IMG/VR virus record: IMGVR_UViG_3300043425_001539
Span: 174,476-238,475 of that record
DNA: 64,000 bases
Direction: 5' to 3' (one strand)
Both the position numbers and the translations under genes were made by a program. Shown one piece after another: positions 1 through 9,267 of the stretch (the first letter of the stretch is position 1; each line of letters starts with the position of its first letter). The notes beneath the pieces were generated by a model that did no database searches, was not told where the DNA came from, and was given only the letters and a program-made list of their open reading frames with translations.

Positions 1-67
1 TAAATAATAAAATATGCCTCCCACTGTAATCTATCAAAGAATAATTTCATATATTTTTATATTTTTA

Positions 68-616
68 TTACCACAATCCATCAGAACTTTTAATATCCTT
101 GACTTTAGACAAATCCCAATCAAAATCTGAATGAACTTTAGATTTACTAAATATGCCTTTCATATATCTGACATTTCTAATATCCCAATTTCTTAGATTA
201 CCATCAAAAGGAGTATCATAAAACATAGATGCCATGTTGGTTACTTTACTAACATTCCACCCGCTAACGTCACCCTTAAAAGGTGTCCCTTCAAACATAC
301 CTTCCATGTTGGTTACATTGCTAACGTCCCATTCGCTAATGTCACCTTTAAAATCTGACCCATAAAACATGTAGGACATATTTTTTACATTACTAACATT
401 CCATTCGCTAATGTTGCCATTAAAAGGCATTTCTGCAAATAAGAATGACATGTCTTTAATTCGCGAAACATCAACATGACTTAAATCTGCATTAGGCCCA
501 AATTTAGCTATTTCATTTTCAATTATCGACTCTAAAGATTTCCGATCTATTGCATAAATAACTTTGTTTTGAGCAGCTTCGTTAAGAAACTGATCGAAAG
601 ATTTTAAATTTTTCAT
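68..616 (-). CDS. DUF285/BspA-like repeat protein with N-terminal capsid-targeting-like tag
   Basis: 22-aa repeats F(N/K)G(D/N)ISxW(D/N)VSNVxNMxxMF; N-terminus MKNLKSFDQFLNE; GPNADLSHVDVS cap. Confidence 0.85.
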   Translation of the reverse strand: MKNLKSFDQFLNEAAQNKVIYAIDRKSLESIIENEIAKFGPNADLSHVDVSRIKDMSFLFAEMPFNGNISEWNVSNVKNMSYMFYGSDFKGDISEWDVSNVTNMEGMFEGTPFKGDVSGWNVSKVTNMASMFYDTPFDGNLRNWDIRNVRYMKGIFSKSKVHSDFDWDLSKVKDIKSSDGLW

Positions 617-620
617 TTTT

Positions 621-1397
621 TTAAATTTTTATATGTTTCAGACCATACATTCTATCTACATTATCAGCCTTTGATAAATTCCATTGACTAATATCGCCTT
701 TAAACTTAGAGTCTAAGAACATTATAAATACATCTCTGACATTGCTAACGTCCCATTTGCTAATGTCGCCGTTAAATCGAGATTCTGCAAACATGTGCGT
801 CATATCTCTAACTTTGCTAACATTCCACTTGCTGATGTCACCGTTAAAAGTTGTCTTTTGAAACATGTGCGACATATCAATAACTTTGCTGACATCCCAC
901 TTGCTGATGTCGCCATTAAATTTAGACCCTTCAAACAATGATGACATCATTTCAACATTACTTACATCCCATTGACTAATGTCGCCGTTAAATTTAGAAT
1001 ATGCAAACATATCAGACATATCACGTACATTGCTTACATCCCACTTGCTAACATCGCCGTTAAACGAAGAATGACGAAACATTCCCCACACAGTGCGAGC
1101 ATTACTAACATTCCACTTGCTAACATCGCCGTTAAATTTTGAGAATGCAAATGTATCATTAAAATTAGTAACATTGCTTACATCCCACTTGCTAACGTCG
1201 CCGTTAAATTTTGTACCTGAAAAAGCGGCGCTTATATCGGTTAGACCTGAAACATCAATGTGATTTAAGTCAGCATTTGGTCCTAGCAATTGAATTTCTT
1301 TTAAAATAATTGGTTTTAATTCTTTTGCGTTCTTTGGGACAATAATTTCGCGTTCTGCTTCATTAAGAAACTGATCAAATGTTTTTAAATTTTTCAT
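621..1397 (-). CDS. DUF285/BspA-like repeat protein with N-terminal tag
   Basis: About 9 FNGDxSKWDVSNV repeats; MKNLKTFDQFLNE. Confidence 0.85.
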   Translation of the reverse strand: MKNLKTFDQFLNEAEREIIVPKNAKELKPIILKEIQLLGPNADLNHIDVSGLTDISAAFSGTKFNGDVSKWDVSNVTNFNDTFAFSKFNGDVSKWNVSNARTVWGMFRHSSFNGDVSKWDVSNVRDMSDMFAYSKFNGDISQWDVSNVEMMSSLFEGSKFNGDISKWDVSKVIDMSHMFQKTTFNGDISKWNVSKVRDMTHMFAESRFNGDISKWDVSNVRDVFIMFLDSKFKGDISQWNLSKADNVDRMYGLKHIKI

Positions 1398-1422
1398 TTA
1401 CTATGTTTTTTTTTATATATAT

Positions 1423-2262
1423 TTAGTTAAACAAATCTTCTTTAGACGTTACGTCTCGCAGATTTGTCAAATTCCACATATGAACACTTCTTTTAAATTT
1501 AGATCCTTGGAAGATACTTTCAATGTATTGCACTTGTCTTACGTCCCACTTACTAATGTCTTGATTAAATGATGAGCCATTAAACATAAAACTCATATTT
1601 TCTACATTGCTAACGTTCCATTTGCCGATGTTTTGATTAAATCGAGAGTCAGCAAACATCCATTGCATATCGGTAACATTTAATACATTCCAATTGCCGA
1701 TGTCTTGATTAAATTTCGATAACCTAAACATATATGACATATCAGTTACTCGTCTTACGTTCCACTTGCTGATGTCACCGTTAAATTGTGATTCCGTAAA
1801 CATTCCACGCATCAGCTCTACATTACTCACGTTCCAACCACTGATATCTCCTTTAAATTTGGAATCTTTGAACATATTAGACATATCAATGACATTACCA
1901 ACATCCCATTTGCTGATATCTTTATTGAACTCTGATCCTTCAAACATACCTGACATATCTTTTACTTTGCCAACATTCCACTTGCTGATGTCACTATTAA
2001 AATGAGAATACAAAAACATATTTTTCATAGAAGTAACATTGCTAACATCCCACTTGCTGATATTGCCTTTAAATTGTGACCCTTCAAACAAGGATACCAT
2101 GTTGGTAACTTGCGAAACGTCAATATGATTCAGATCTGCTTTAGGTCCAAGTCTAGCAATTTCGCTTTCTACTATATCCTTTAAAGTTTGTCGATCTTTA
2201 GCAATAATAGTTTCTTGTGTAGCTTCATTAAGAAAATGTTCAAAAGTTTTTAAATTTTTCAT
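1423..2262 (-). CDS. DUF285/BspA-like repeat protein with N-terminal tag
   Basis: About 10 repeats; MKNLKTFEHFLNE. Confidence 0.85.
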   Translation of the reverse strand: MKNLKTFEHFLNEATQETIIAKDRQTLKDIVESEIARLGPKADLNHIDVSQVTNMVSLFEGSQFKGNISKWDVSNVTSMKNMFLYSHFNSDISKWNVGKVKDMSGMFEGSEFNKDISKWDVGNVIDMSNMFKDSKFKGDISGWNVSNVELMRGMFTESQFNGDISKWNVRRVTDMSYMFRLSKFNQDIGNWNVLNVTDMQWMFADSRFNQNIGKWNVSNVENMSFMFNGSSFNQDISKWDVRQVQYIESIFQGSKFKRSVHMWNLTNLRDVTSKEDLFN

Positions 2263-2295
2263 TTACTATGTTTTTATTAATTTTAATATTGCACA

Positions 2296-2967
2296 TTATT
2301 TTTTTGCATATGAAGAGATTTTCCAATTTGAAGTATCCCCCTTGAAAGCTGAGTTATTAAACATGTCGGTCATATCCTCAACCTTACTAACATTCCACTT
2401 GCTGATATCTTGATTAAATTCTGAAGATTGAAACATTCCAGCCATATCATAAACATTACCTACATTCCATTTGCTGATGTCTTTGTTAAATCTTGAGTCT
2501 TGAAACATCCAAGACATATCAGTAACATTACTAACATTCCACTTGCTGATATCTTGATTAAATTCTGAATAAGCAAACATACCAGTCATAACTTTTACGT
2601 TGCTTACATTCCACCTGCTGATATCTTGATTAAATTCTGATGATGCAAACATATAGGCCATTAATCGAACATTCCGAACATTCCATCCTGAAATGTTACC
2701 ATTAAAGACTGACTCCTGAAACATATAGGACATGTTTTCAACTTGACTAACATCCCATTTACTTATGTTGCCGTTAAAATCTGAATTTTTAAACAACCCC
2801 GACATATCTTTAACTTTTGATACATCAATATGATTTAAATCCGCCGTAGAACCTTGTGTTTTGATTGCATCTTCAATTAGCTTTATTAAATCTGCTTTAT
2901 CTTTAGCAATAATTGTTGTGCCTGCTGCTTCATTAAGAAACTGCTCAAAGGTTTTAAAATTTTTCAT
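2296..2967 (-). CDS. DUF285/BspA-like repeat protein with N-terminal tag
   Basis: FNQDISKWNVSNV repeats; MKNFKTFEQFLNE. Confidence 0.85.
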   Translation of the reverse strand: MKNFKTFEQFLNEAAGTTIIAKDKADLIKLIEDAIKTQGSTADLNHIDVSKVKDMSGLFKNSDFNGNISKWDVSQVENMSYMFQESVFNGNISGWNVRNVRLMAYMFASSEFNQDISRWNVSNVKVMTGMFAYSEFNQDISKWNVSNVTDMSWMFQDSRFNKDISKWNVGNVYDMAGMFQSSEFNQDISKWNVSKVEDMTDMFNNSAFKGDTSNWKISSYAKK

Positions 2968-3079
2968 TTACTTTGTTTTTTTATACTTCAATTCGGGTAT
3001 TTACAAATATTATATACTACTTTTTCCAAAAGTTCTTAAAATATAAATATTATTTTTACCGATAGTTTTATTTTTTAAA

Positions 3080-3376
3080 TTAATTTGAAGATTCTTCTGT
3101 CTCTTCAACAACTTGTTTTTTTTCTTTTTGGATTTGATTCACAATGTATCCCGCAACCGCAAATTCAGCCCCTGCCCATAGCACTGCATCAGATGCTGTT
3201 AATTTTTCTACATTTTCATAAAAAAACCAAACCATTCCTGATTGGCCAATTATAAATGCAATACTTGATTCTATTCTTTTTTTGGAAAAAAAGGATTCTT
3301 TTGATGTGTATATAAATCCTATTTCTTGTATAAACCATTTGATATTAGTCCAACCAAAAAACCATTTTTTGTTCAT
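3080..3376 (-). CDS. Small membrane protein (holin-like)
   Basis: Two hydrophobic segments after SKKR, charged C-terminal tail. Confidence 0.4.
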   Translation of the reverse strand: MNKKWFFGWTNIKWFIQEIGFIYTSKESFFSKKRIESSIAFIIGQSGMVWFFYENVEKLTASDAVLWAGAEFAVAGYIVNQIQKEKKQVVEETEESSN

Positions 3377-3438
3377 TTTACATAGGCATATTTTTTAATT
3401 ACTTTATATATCCATAAATGTATAATGAACAAAGCATA

Positions 3439-3720
3439 TTATGATTGATACACTTCTTTGTAAATTTCGGCTAATTTAGTATAATCAGCAACTCCATATA
3501 TACGAGTGGCAACGTCGCCGTTTTTAATAAAAACTGTATGTGGAACGCTTTTAATGTTATATTTACGCGCCAGCTCAAAATTTGCATCTTCATCAATATC
3601 CAAATCTTGAATCTCTACAGTATTTTGGTATTCTTCAGAAAATTTTTGAAATGAAGGTGCCATTGCTTTACAAGGTCCGCACCAGCTGGCAGAAAATTTA
3701 ATAATCTTATTCATATTCAT
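3439..3720 (-). CDS. trxA: Thioredoxin
   Basis: FSASWCGPCK active site; IKSVP cis-Pro motif. Confidence 0.92.
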   Translation of the reverse strand: MNMNKIIKFSASWCGPCKAMAPSFQKFSEEYQNTVEIQDLDIDEDANFELARKYNIKSVPHTVFIKNGDVATRIYGVADYTKLAEIYKEVYQS

Positions 3721-3916
3721 TCTTTAAATTTATATAAATCTTAACTTTTTCGTTTTCTTTTGCCGTCATAAACTCGTTATAAATCATTAATGAAAACTCA
3801 TCTTTAAAAATTAATGAATCCGGGTTGACTATGTAATTTTTAAAAAAATTATACTCGCTGTTCTTTGCGCATTGAATAATTTTCTCAGTATCTAAAATTC
3901 TTTTATTAAATCCCAT
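3707..3916 (-). CDS. Hypothetical protein
   Basis: 69-aa ORF in the minus-strand gene run. Confidence 0.55.
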   Translation of the reverse strand: MGFNKRILDTEKIIQCAKNSEYNFFKNYIVNPDSLIFKDEFSLMIYNEFMTAKENEKVKIYINLKNEYE

Positions 3917-4072
3917 AATCTTGTTAGTTAAAAATCTGTTTGTGTGCTTTGTAGACGTTTATCCCAAAAAAAGTTAGCATTCTGTATTTCATAATATATA
4001 GCTTTATTTTAGGCATTAATCTCTGATATACACCAATCCTCAAACAGATTTTTAATTTGTTTATATATCATA

Positions 4073-4342
4073 CTATTCTTGATTCAATTCTTTCATTCCA
4101 CGGTGAATATCCTTGATAGTGTAAATACCTTGTGGACTATTGTCAACAGGATAGACTTTTGTTTTTGGCGGCAAAAATTTTGCGATTGGTGATTTCCAAT
4201 AAAAATTTTTATAGCCTCGGAAAGCAACCTCAACTATTTCCACATCATCATCGTCCAAAATATCTGAAATGTCCGTATCTTCATCAATTTTAATATCTAA
4301 CAATGAATTATCTTTAATAATAACTGCGAATAGTGTACTCAT
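4073..4342 (-). CDS. Hypothetical protein
   Basis: ORF with A-rich leader. Confidence 0.6.
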   Translation of the reverse strand: MSTLFAVIIKDNSLLDIKIDEDTDISDILDDDDVEIVEVAFRGYKNFYWKSPIAKFLPPKTKVYPVDNSPQGIYTIKDIHRGMKELNQE

Positions 4343-4364
4343 ATTTATGTTTTTTAAATGTTAA

Positions 4365-5036
4365 TTAATGTTTTTTAACCGCATCTTTAACTCTGTTAAT
4401 TAAGCTAGAAATTTCTTCGACATTATCCACCGACCAAGCTTCTGTTTTTAGGATAACAAAACCTCCATCAGTACGGTCAAGACCTAAGTCTGAAACAACT
4501 TCTATGGTTAAAGTTTGATCTTCTCCATTAACGCAGTCGCCTTCCTGCCAAAATTCAAATTTTGCTGACATAAGTACTGCTTCTTGTGAATCTAAATCTT
4601 TTTTATTTTCTAAAGTATTATCCATAATTTCTTCAGGTTTCTTTTTCATAATTAAACTATTCTGCCAGCTGCTTGTATCAAATCCTTCACCTAAATAAAT
4701 AAAATGCTTGTCTTTTGATGACCAGTGTCCACACTGAGACTTTGATCTTATTAAAACAGGTTCATTTGCATAAGCAAAAGCTAATCCGTTTTCATTAACC
4801 GCAACATAATTGTATTGGTCAGGTATGTCTTTTTCGGATAGCTGTTTAATCTTTCTTATGACAGAATGTTCCCAATTACTAGAGTCAAAGCCATAATCAA
4901 TAAATTCCATTCCTTCTCCATACCAAATATCTGAAAAATGTCGTGGCACATCTTTAAATCCTTTAGCAAGACCGTCAGGATCAACAGCAGCCCATTCACA
5001 ATTTTCAGGTATGTCCTGTTGTGATAATTTTTTCAT
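4365..5036 (-). CDS. Hypothetical protein with two tandem WAAVDxxG domains (paralog family)
   Basis: Internal duplication KxLSxxDIP..(W/Y)xAV(D/N)xxGLA..G(F)DxSxWxxS(V/L)I; related to ORFs at 35450, 55615 and 57300. Confidence 0.7.
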   Translation of the reverse strand: MKKLSQQDIPENCEWAAVDPDGLAKGFKDVPRHFSDIWYGEGMEFIDYGFDSSNWEHSVIRKIKQLSEKDIPDQYNYVAVNENGLAFAYANEPVLIRSKSQCGHWSSKDKHFIYLGEGFDTSSWQNSLIMKKKPEEIMDNTLENKKDLDSQEAVLMSAKFEFWQEGDCVNGEDQTLTIEVVSDLGLDRTDGGFVILKTEAWSVDNVEEISSLINRVKDAVKKH

Positions 5037-5056
5037 ATAAATAATTATTTAATTTG

Positions 5057-5350
5057 TTAAAGATCCCAACTCAAGATTAAAGTGTGTACAATTTCACCTT
5101 TATTGTTGCGCTCTTCTTTTTCATTTACCGTTATTCCATTATCTTTCAACTTTTGTATCAAAGAATTTTGAAAGCGCTTTTTGTCTGTGATCTGCAAAGA
5201 AGATGCATTCTTTTTAACAGCACTTAAACACAATTCAGCAATCTTTTCATAATTGATATTATTAAAAGATGGATTAGTGCCTTCTTCATTTTGCTTTTTA
5301 ACAAGTTCAGTGCGCGCTTCTTTTAGTTGTTCAAACAGAGTTTTTTCCAT
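5057..5350 (-). CDS. Hypothetical protein
   Basis: 97-aa ORF. Confidence 0.6.
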   Translation of the reverse strand: MEKTLFEQLKEARTELVKKQNEEGTNPSFNNINYEKIAELCLSAVKKNASSLQITDKKRFQNSLIQKLKDNGITVNEKEERNNKGEIVHTLILSWDL

Positions 5351-5353
5351 AAT

Positions 5354-5707
5354 TTATATTTTGTTATTTTTTATAAAATCTTCTAGAATTTCATTTATGC
5401 AAGTACCGCCATCATAATAAACAGCAGTATAAGAAATGCTGCCATCTGCATTGGTGTGAAATACTTGTATGTCTTCATATGCAGCTTTAGAGATTTCTTT
5501 CTCAATCATCCAAATGGTATTATCTGAAAAATTAAAAATATAGTCTTCAAAATCTTCACACTCACTTGAATAATAATCATAATAAGTCACACCAGGAGGC
5601 AACCCTTCAGTTAACGGTCCAATCTGTTCTTTGCACCATTCTTCGATTGTCTTACCTTGTAAATTAATTTGTTTTAATTTTCCAATGTCTAATCTAGTTT
5701 CACTCAT
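5354..5707 (-). CDS. Hypothetical protein
   Basis: 117-aa ORF. Confidence 0.6.
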   Translation of the reverse strand: MSETRLDIGKLKQINLQGKTIEEWCKEQIGPLTEGLPPGVTYYDYYSSECEDFEDYIFNFSDNTIWMIEKEISKAAYEDIQVFHTNADGSISYTAVYYDGGTCINEILEDFIKNNKI

Positions 5708-5765
5708 ATTATTTAAAATTATAAATTCTTCATTGTTTTGTCGATTAATTTTTTACTTATTAAAT

Positions 5766-5796
5766 AAAAAAATCTTGAATTTTACAACTCAAGATT
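5766..5796 (-). terminator. Rho-independent terminator
   Basis: Minus-strand AATCTTGA..TCAAGATT hairpin followed by a T-run, downstream of the 5847-7840 cluster. Confidence 0.55.
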
Positions 5797-5846
5797 ATTT
5801 AACTCCTTATTAAGGATATTTGGTATTTTAGGGGTAGGCGTGTTTT

Positions 5847-6218
5847 TTAGTCTTGAGTAAAATCTTCAATCTTGTCATTGAAAGAAGATTGTTGATATGA
5901 AGATAAATTCTTAATTTCATCGCGTTTTCTTGGAGTTAACTCAATTACAGTGTACCCCATTCGGTAATACTTCTTTTCTGCTGCTGTCAAATTTTTATTA
6001 CGGCGTTTTGCAACTTCTTTTAAAGCTTCTTTGTCATTACCTGTTTCCATAACATCGCCCCAAGTTCCTTTAACAAAAATTGGGTATGTTCTTTTAGTGC
6101 CAATTGAACCTCCGTAATAAACCAAAGCAAATTGGTCAGATAAATTTACTTCATTACCTTCGTTGAGAAATTCTTCCGATTCGTTGATAAAATTATCAAA
6201 GTTTTGAATATGTTTCAT
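5847..6218 (-). CDS. Putative internal head protein (tagged)
   Basis: MKHIQNFDNFINE-S followed by a second EEFLNE site. Confidence 0.65.
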   Translation of the reverse strand: MKHIQNFDNFINESEEFLNEGNEVNLSDQFALVYYGGSIGTKRTYPIFVKGTWGDVMETGNDKEALKEVAKRRNKNLTAAEKKYYRMGYTVIELTPRKRDEIKNLSSYQQSSFNDKIEDFTQD

Positions 6219-6230
6219 ATTTGTGTTTTT

Positions 6231-6845
6231 TTATCCTACAATTGAAAAACTTAATTGATTTTCAGAAACTACCAAATTATAAACTTTATTAAATAGAGTC
6301 TCAACCTCACGTTTAATATCTGATTCAAGCTGTGCCCTACTTTTTTGTGCAAAGTATTGTTTTAGAGATGCTTGTTTAAAAATATTTGCAGTACTCCGGT
6401 AATTGCGTGCGCTTCCTACAAATGAAACATTGACAGTTCTAGTTTTTGCCGAAGGTATATTACTGATTTGCATGTCTTTTCCCAACTTAGATTTCACCAA
6501 ATCATTGTTTGCATTTTGCATCACTGCATCAACAAATAGTTTCAATCCAGCTAAAAAATCGCCCATTTCGTTTGCATTAAAATACGGTCCGCTACCTTGA
6601 GAAACAATTGTGTATTTATCTCCCCAACCGCTTTCTGCTATGTCACTTGTTACTGCATCATACCTACCTGTGCTTATTTTGCTTGGAACGGCCATAACAG
6701 GTACTTTGCCTCCAGCATATTGGATGGTAGCAGAATACCTTAAATCGCCGTATTCACCTACTCTCCATTGTGGCTTTCCTCCTGTCAAAGAAGCCTCGTT
6801 AAGATTTTCATTGATAAAATTATCAAAATTTTGAATGTGTTTCAT
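6231..6845 (-). CDS. Putative internal head protein (tagged)
   Basis: First 13 aa (MKHIQNFDNFINE) identical to the neighbouring ORF; then LNE-A. Confidence 0.65.
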   Translation of the reverse strand: MKHIQNFDNFINENLNEASLTGGKPQWRVGEYGDLRYSATIQYAGGKVPVMAVPSKISTGRYDAVTSDIAESGWGDKYTIVSQGSGPYFNANEMGDFLAGLKLFVDAVMQNANNDLVKSKLGKDMQISNIPSAKTRTVNVSFVGSARNYRSTANIFKQASLKQYFAQKSRAQLESDIKREVETLFNKVYNLVVSENQLSFSIVG

Positions 6846-6859
6846 ACTTGTGTTTTTTT

Positions 6860-7474
6860 TTAATTATAAATTTTTGATTTATCAACAACTGTTGAAATTT
6901 GCCAATCCGATATATCTCCATTAAACTTTGAGTTCTTAAATATACCATTCATAGTCAAAACTCTTCCAACATCCCACTTGCTAACATCGCCATTAAACTT
7001 TGAATCCGCAAACAGCAATCTCATATCTTCAACATTTTTAGTATTCCATTTACTAACATCGCCATTAAACTCAGATCCTTCAAACATACTCTGCATATTT
7101 GCAACATTGCTTACATCCCATTTGCTAATGTCGCCATTAAACTTGGATCCTTCAAACATGCTTTTCATATTAGCAACATTGCCTACATTCCACTTGCTAA
7201 TGTCACCATTAAATTTCGAGAATGCAAACATGCCTTTCATATTGGCTACCTTTCCCACATTCCACTTGCTAATGTCACCATTAAAAGGTGAGTACATAAA
7301 CAAGTCAGACATATCAGTTATTTTGGATACATCTATGTGATTCAAATCAGCATTTGGTCCTTGCTCTGCTATTTCGGTTTTAACCAATTTTAAAAGCTCG
7401 GTTCGATTTGCAGGAACAACAGTTTCTTGTGTTGCTTCATTTATAAACTGTTCAAATGTTTTAACTGTTTTCAT
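6860..7474 (-). CDS. DUF285/BspA-like repeat protein with N-terminal tag
   Basis: FNGDISKWNVG repeats; MKTVKTFEQFINE; GPNADLNHIDVS cap. Confidence 0.85.
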   Translation of the reverse strand: MKTVKTFEQFINEATQETVVPANRTELLKLVKTEIAEQGPNADLNHIDVSKITDMSDLFMYSPFNGDISKWNVGKVANMKGMFAFSKFNGDISKWNVGNVANMKSMFEGSKFNGDISKWDVSNVANMQSMFEGSEFNGDVSKWNTKNVEDMRLLFADSKFNGDVSKWDVGRVLTMNGIFKNSKFNGDISDWQISTVVDKSKIYN

Positions 7475-7477
7475 TGG

Positions 7478-7840
7478 TTATTTATATTTTAAATTTGAAA
7501 TTTCGTCAATTAAACCTCCTAAGTTATAGTCGCTTTGTCTTGAACCGCTAAAAAAATGATCTTGAATTTTTTTATTAGTCGCGGAAGAATATATGTTTTT
7601 GTCCCAATCAATTCGGTCTATTGTCATATAATATCCCACATCTTCACCGCTGCTAAATCCTTTTGCTGTATATTTTTTATTTGAATTAGGCCTATCATCT
7701 GTGATAGCATAAGTTACTTTCAAGTCAAGATTAAGTGGAACAGAAATACCATCAATTGTGTAATTATCCAATTTAATATTTATGGTATTTAATTCTTCAC
7801 TTTCATTTAAAAAAGTTTCAAACGTTTTAATTTTTTTCAT
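7478..7840 (-). CDS. Putative internal head protein (tagged)
   Basis: MKKIKTFETFLNE-S. Confidence 0.65.
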   Translation of the reverse strand: MKKIKTFETFLNESEELNTINIKLDNYTIDGISVPLNLDLKVTYAITDDRPNSNKKYTAKGFSSGEDVGYYMTIDRIDWDKNIYSSATNKKIQDHFFSGSRQSDYNLGGLIDEISNLKYK

Positions 7841-7871
7841 GTCTTTTTTATTTTTCTTTTAAACCTTGCAG

Positions 7872-7882
7872 TATTTATATTC
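7872..7882 (-). promoter_or_regulatory. Putative late promoter (T4-like TATAAATA)
   Basis: Minus strand reads GAATATAAATA about 30 nt upstream of the tagged-gene cluster. Confidence 0.55.
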
Positions 7883-7914
7883 AAATTCTGCAAATAGTTT
7901 TAATAATTGCAATT

Positions 7915-8154
7915 TTATTTTTGTAAAGTTAGCACTTTAACAACATTCATTTGCGCATTTAATACTTCGCCAATTGCGTGTTGGTAAAAGTCAAACGGCT
8001 GTCTTTCTTGATCTTTTGCATTATTTCTTGCTTCATTTAACAGATCAATAAGTTCAGCACAAAGTTGCTTTGCTCTTGCCACTTTGTCATCACCTGATGG
8101 ATTAAAATTTATGCCAACTATGTTTTGTCCTAATGTTTTTTCTTTGTTTTCCAT
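7915..8154 (-). CDS. Small helical protein resembling the Acb2/Tad1-type cyclic-nucleotide sponge hairpin family
   Basis: GINFNPSGDDKV..K..AELIDLL..AIGEVLNAQMNVVK pattern, recognised by eye only. Confidence 0.45.
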   Translation of the reverse strand: MENKEKTLGQNIVGINFNPSGDDKVARAKQLCAELIDLLNEARNNAKDQERQPFDFYQHAIGEVLNAQMNVVKVLTLQK

Positions 8155-8156
8155 GT

Positions 8157-8534
8157 TTAATCTTTATTTCCGATAAAATAACTGATAGATGCTGTTGATA
8201 CCAAAGTATAGGCAACTAAGTTATCAGTTACAACTTCGCCACCTACAGGTAAAAATGCAACATCACCAGGAGAAAGTTTAACAAACGGATCTCCGGTTGT
8301 ACCAAATCCAACAAACACAGGAACCGCGTTTGATGTTGGAGTTGAAAAATAGCAATATGCTGATGAACCGTCAATATCATGAACATTTAATAATTGAGCA
8401 TCGGTACCAACAGTAACAGTGCTAAAAGATGAATAATCTCCATTGATTGGGTTATTATTAATTACGGTAAAAGAAACGGGAGATGGGAATAAATCCGTTG
8501 ACTCCAATTTGATTGTACTTTTGAGTGTAGACAT
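8157..8534 (-). CDS. Putative virion structural protein (beta-rich)
   Basis: Ser/Thr/Val-rich; preceded by GAATATATA motif at 8563-8571. Confidence 0.45.
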   Translation of the reverse strand: MSTLKSTIKLESTDLFPSPVSFTVINNNPINGDYSSFSTVTVGTDAQLLNVHDIDGSSAYCYFSTPTSNAVPVFVGFGTTGDPFVKLSPGDVAFLPVGGEVVTDNLVAYTLVSTASISYFIGNKD

Positions 8535-8591
8535 TTTATTTTGGTATTTTTTTATTCTTTAGTATATATTCATGTCTTTGAACACTTAAAA

Positions 8592-9005
8592 TTAAGAATT
8601 TTTAAGTACAATTTTTTCCGCAATAACAACAGCTTCTTCAATAGTAATAGACGGTAAATCTTTTATTACACCAAATGCGGTATAAACCAATTCATTTTCA
8701 AGATTTTGCCTTTTGGCATTTCTTAATCCTTCTTTAATCCTTTGTAAATGTAATTCTTTTGTATCATGTTCATACTGTATCTTAAAAGGACCAGTAAGTG
8801 TAACAATTTCCTCTAAATCATCTTGTGCATCTTTAATTATAAAATATGTATTTGAGTCAAGAGATACACGCAGAGGGTCATCTACATCATTGATATTGTT
8901 GGAAAATTTAACGGGAGGCGTAGATAAGTTGCCTAATTCCAATTCTTTAACCCATTTAAAAAAAGTATCAAAATCTTTTTGATTAATATAAATAGTCACT
9001 TTCAT
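8592..9005 (-). CDS. Hypothetical protein
   Basis: 137-aa ORF. Confidence 0.6.
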   Translation of the reverse strand: MKVTIYINQKDFDTFFKWVKELELGNLSTPPVKFSNNINDVDDPLRVSLDSNTYFIIKDAQDDLEEIVTLTGPFKIQYEHDTKELHLQRIKEGLRNAKRQNLENELVYTAFGVIKDLPSITIEEAVVIAEKIVLKNS

Positions 9006-9013
9006 AGATTAAT

Positions 9014-9044
9014 AAAAAATGAGGGTTAAGTATATTAACCCTCA
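9014..9044 (-). terminator. Rho-independent terminator
   Basis: TGAGGGTTAA/TTAACCCTCA stem followed by a T-run on the minus strand. Confidence 0.7.
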
Positions 9045-9053
9045 ATGAAAAAA

Positions 9054-9233
9054 TTATTCTTCAGGCTTTTTAGAATTTTGTATTTCTATTCGCAAATCTT
9101 GAGCAAGAACTTTTAAATCCTGCATATACTTACGTGCCCGTGTGCCTGCTGCTTTGTTTCCTGACGCATAAAACTTTTCAATGTCGGATTTTGCCGCAGT
9201 AACTACTTCTAAAATTTGATTGTAAATTTCCAT
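9054..9233 (-). CDS. Histone H1-like (Hc1-family) small DNA-binding protein; likely start at 9233 (MEIYNQ)
   Basis: GNKAAGTRARK motif typical of Bacteroidota/Chlamydia Hc1-like proteins. Confidence 0.75.
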   Translation of the reverse strand: MEIYNQILEVVTAAKSDIEKFYASGNKAAGTRARKYMQDLKVLAQDLRIEIQNSKKPEE

Positions 9234-9267
9234 AAATCTGTTTAATTGTTTAAAAATTATATATCTC

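Noticed and set aside
68-2967. Diversity-generating retroelement acting on the DUF285 repeats or the 32.8 kb duplication
   Set aside because: No reverse transcriptase in the window, and the differences are not adenine-specific.
1766-7340. Plus-strand ORFs with LLMSPLN repeats, and other plus-strand ORFs in the window
   Set aside because: Antisense shadows of minus-strand genes; none has a recognisable motif or leader.
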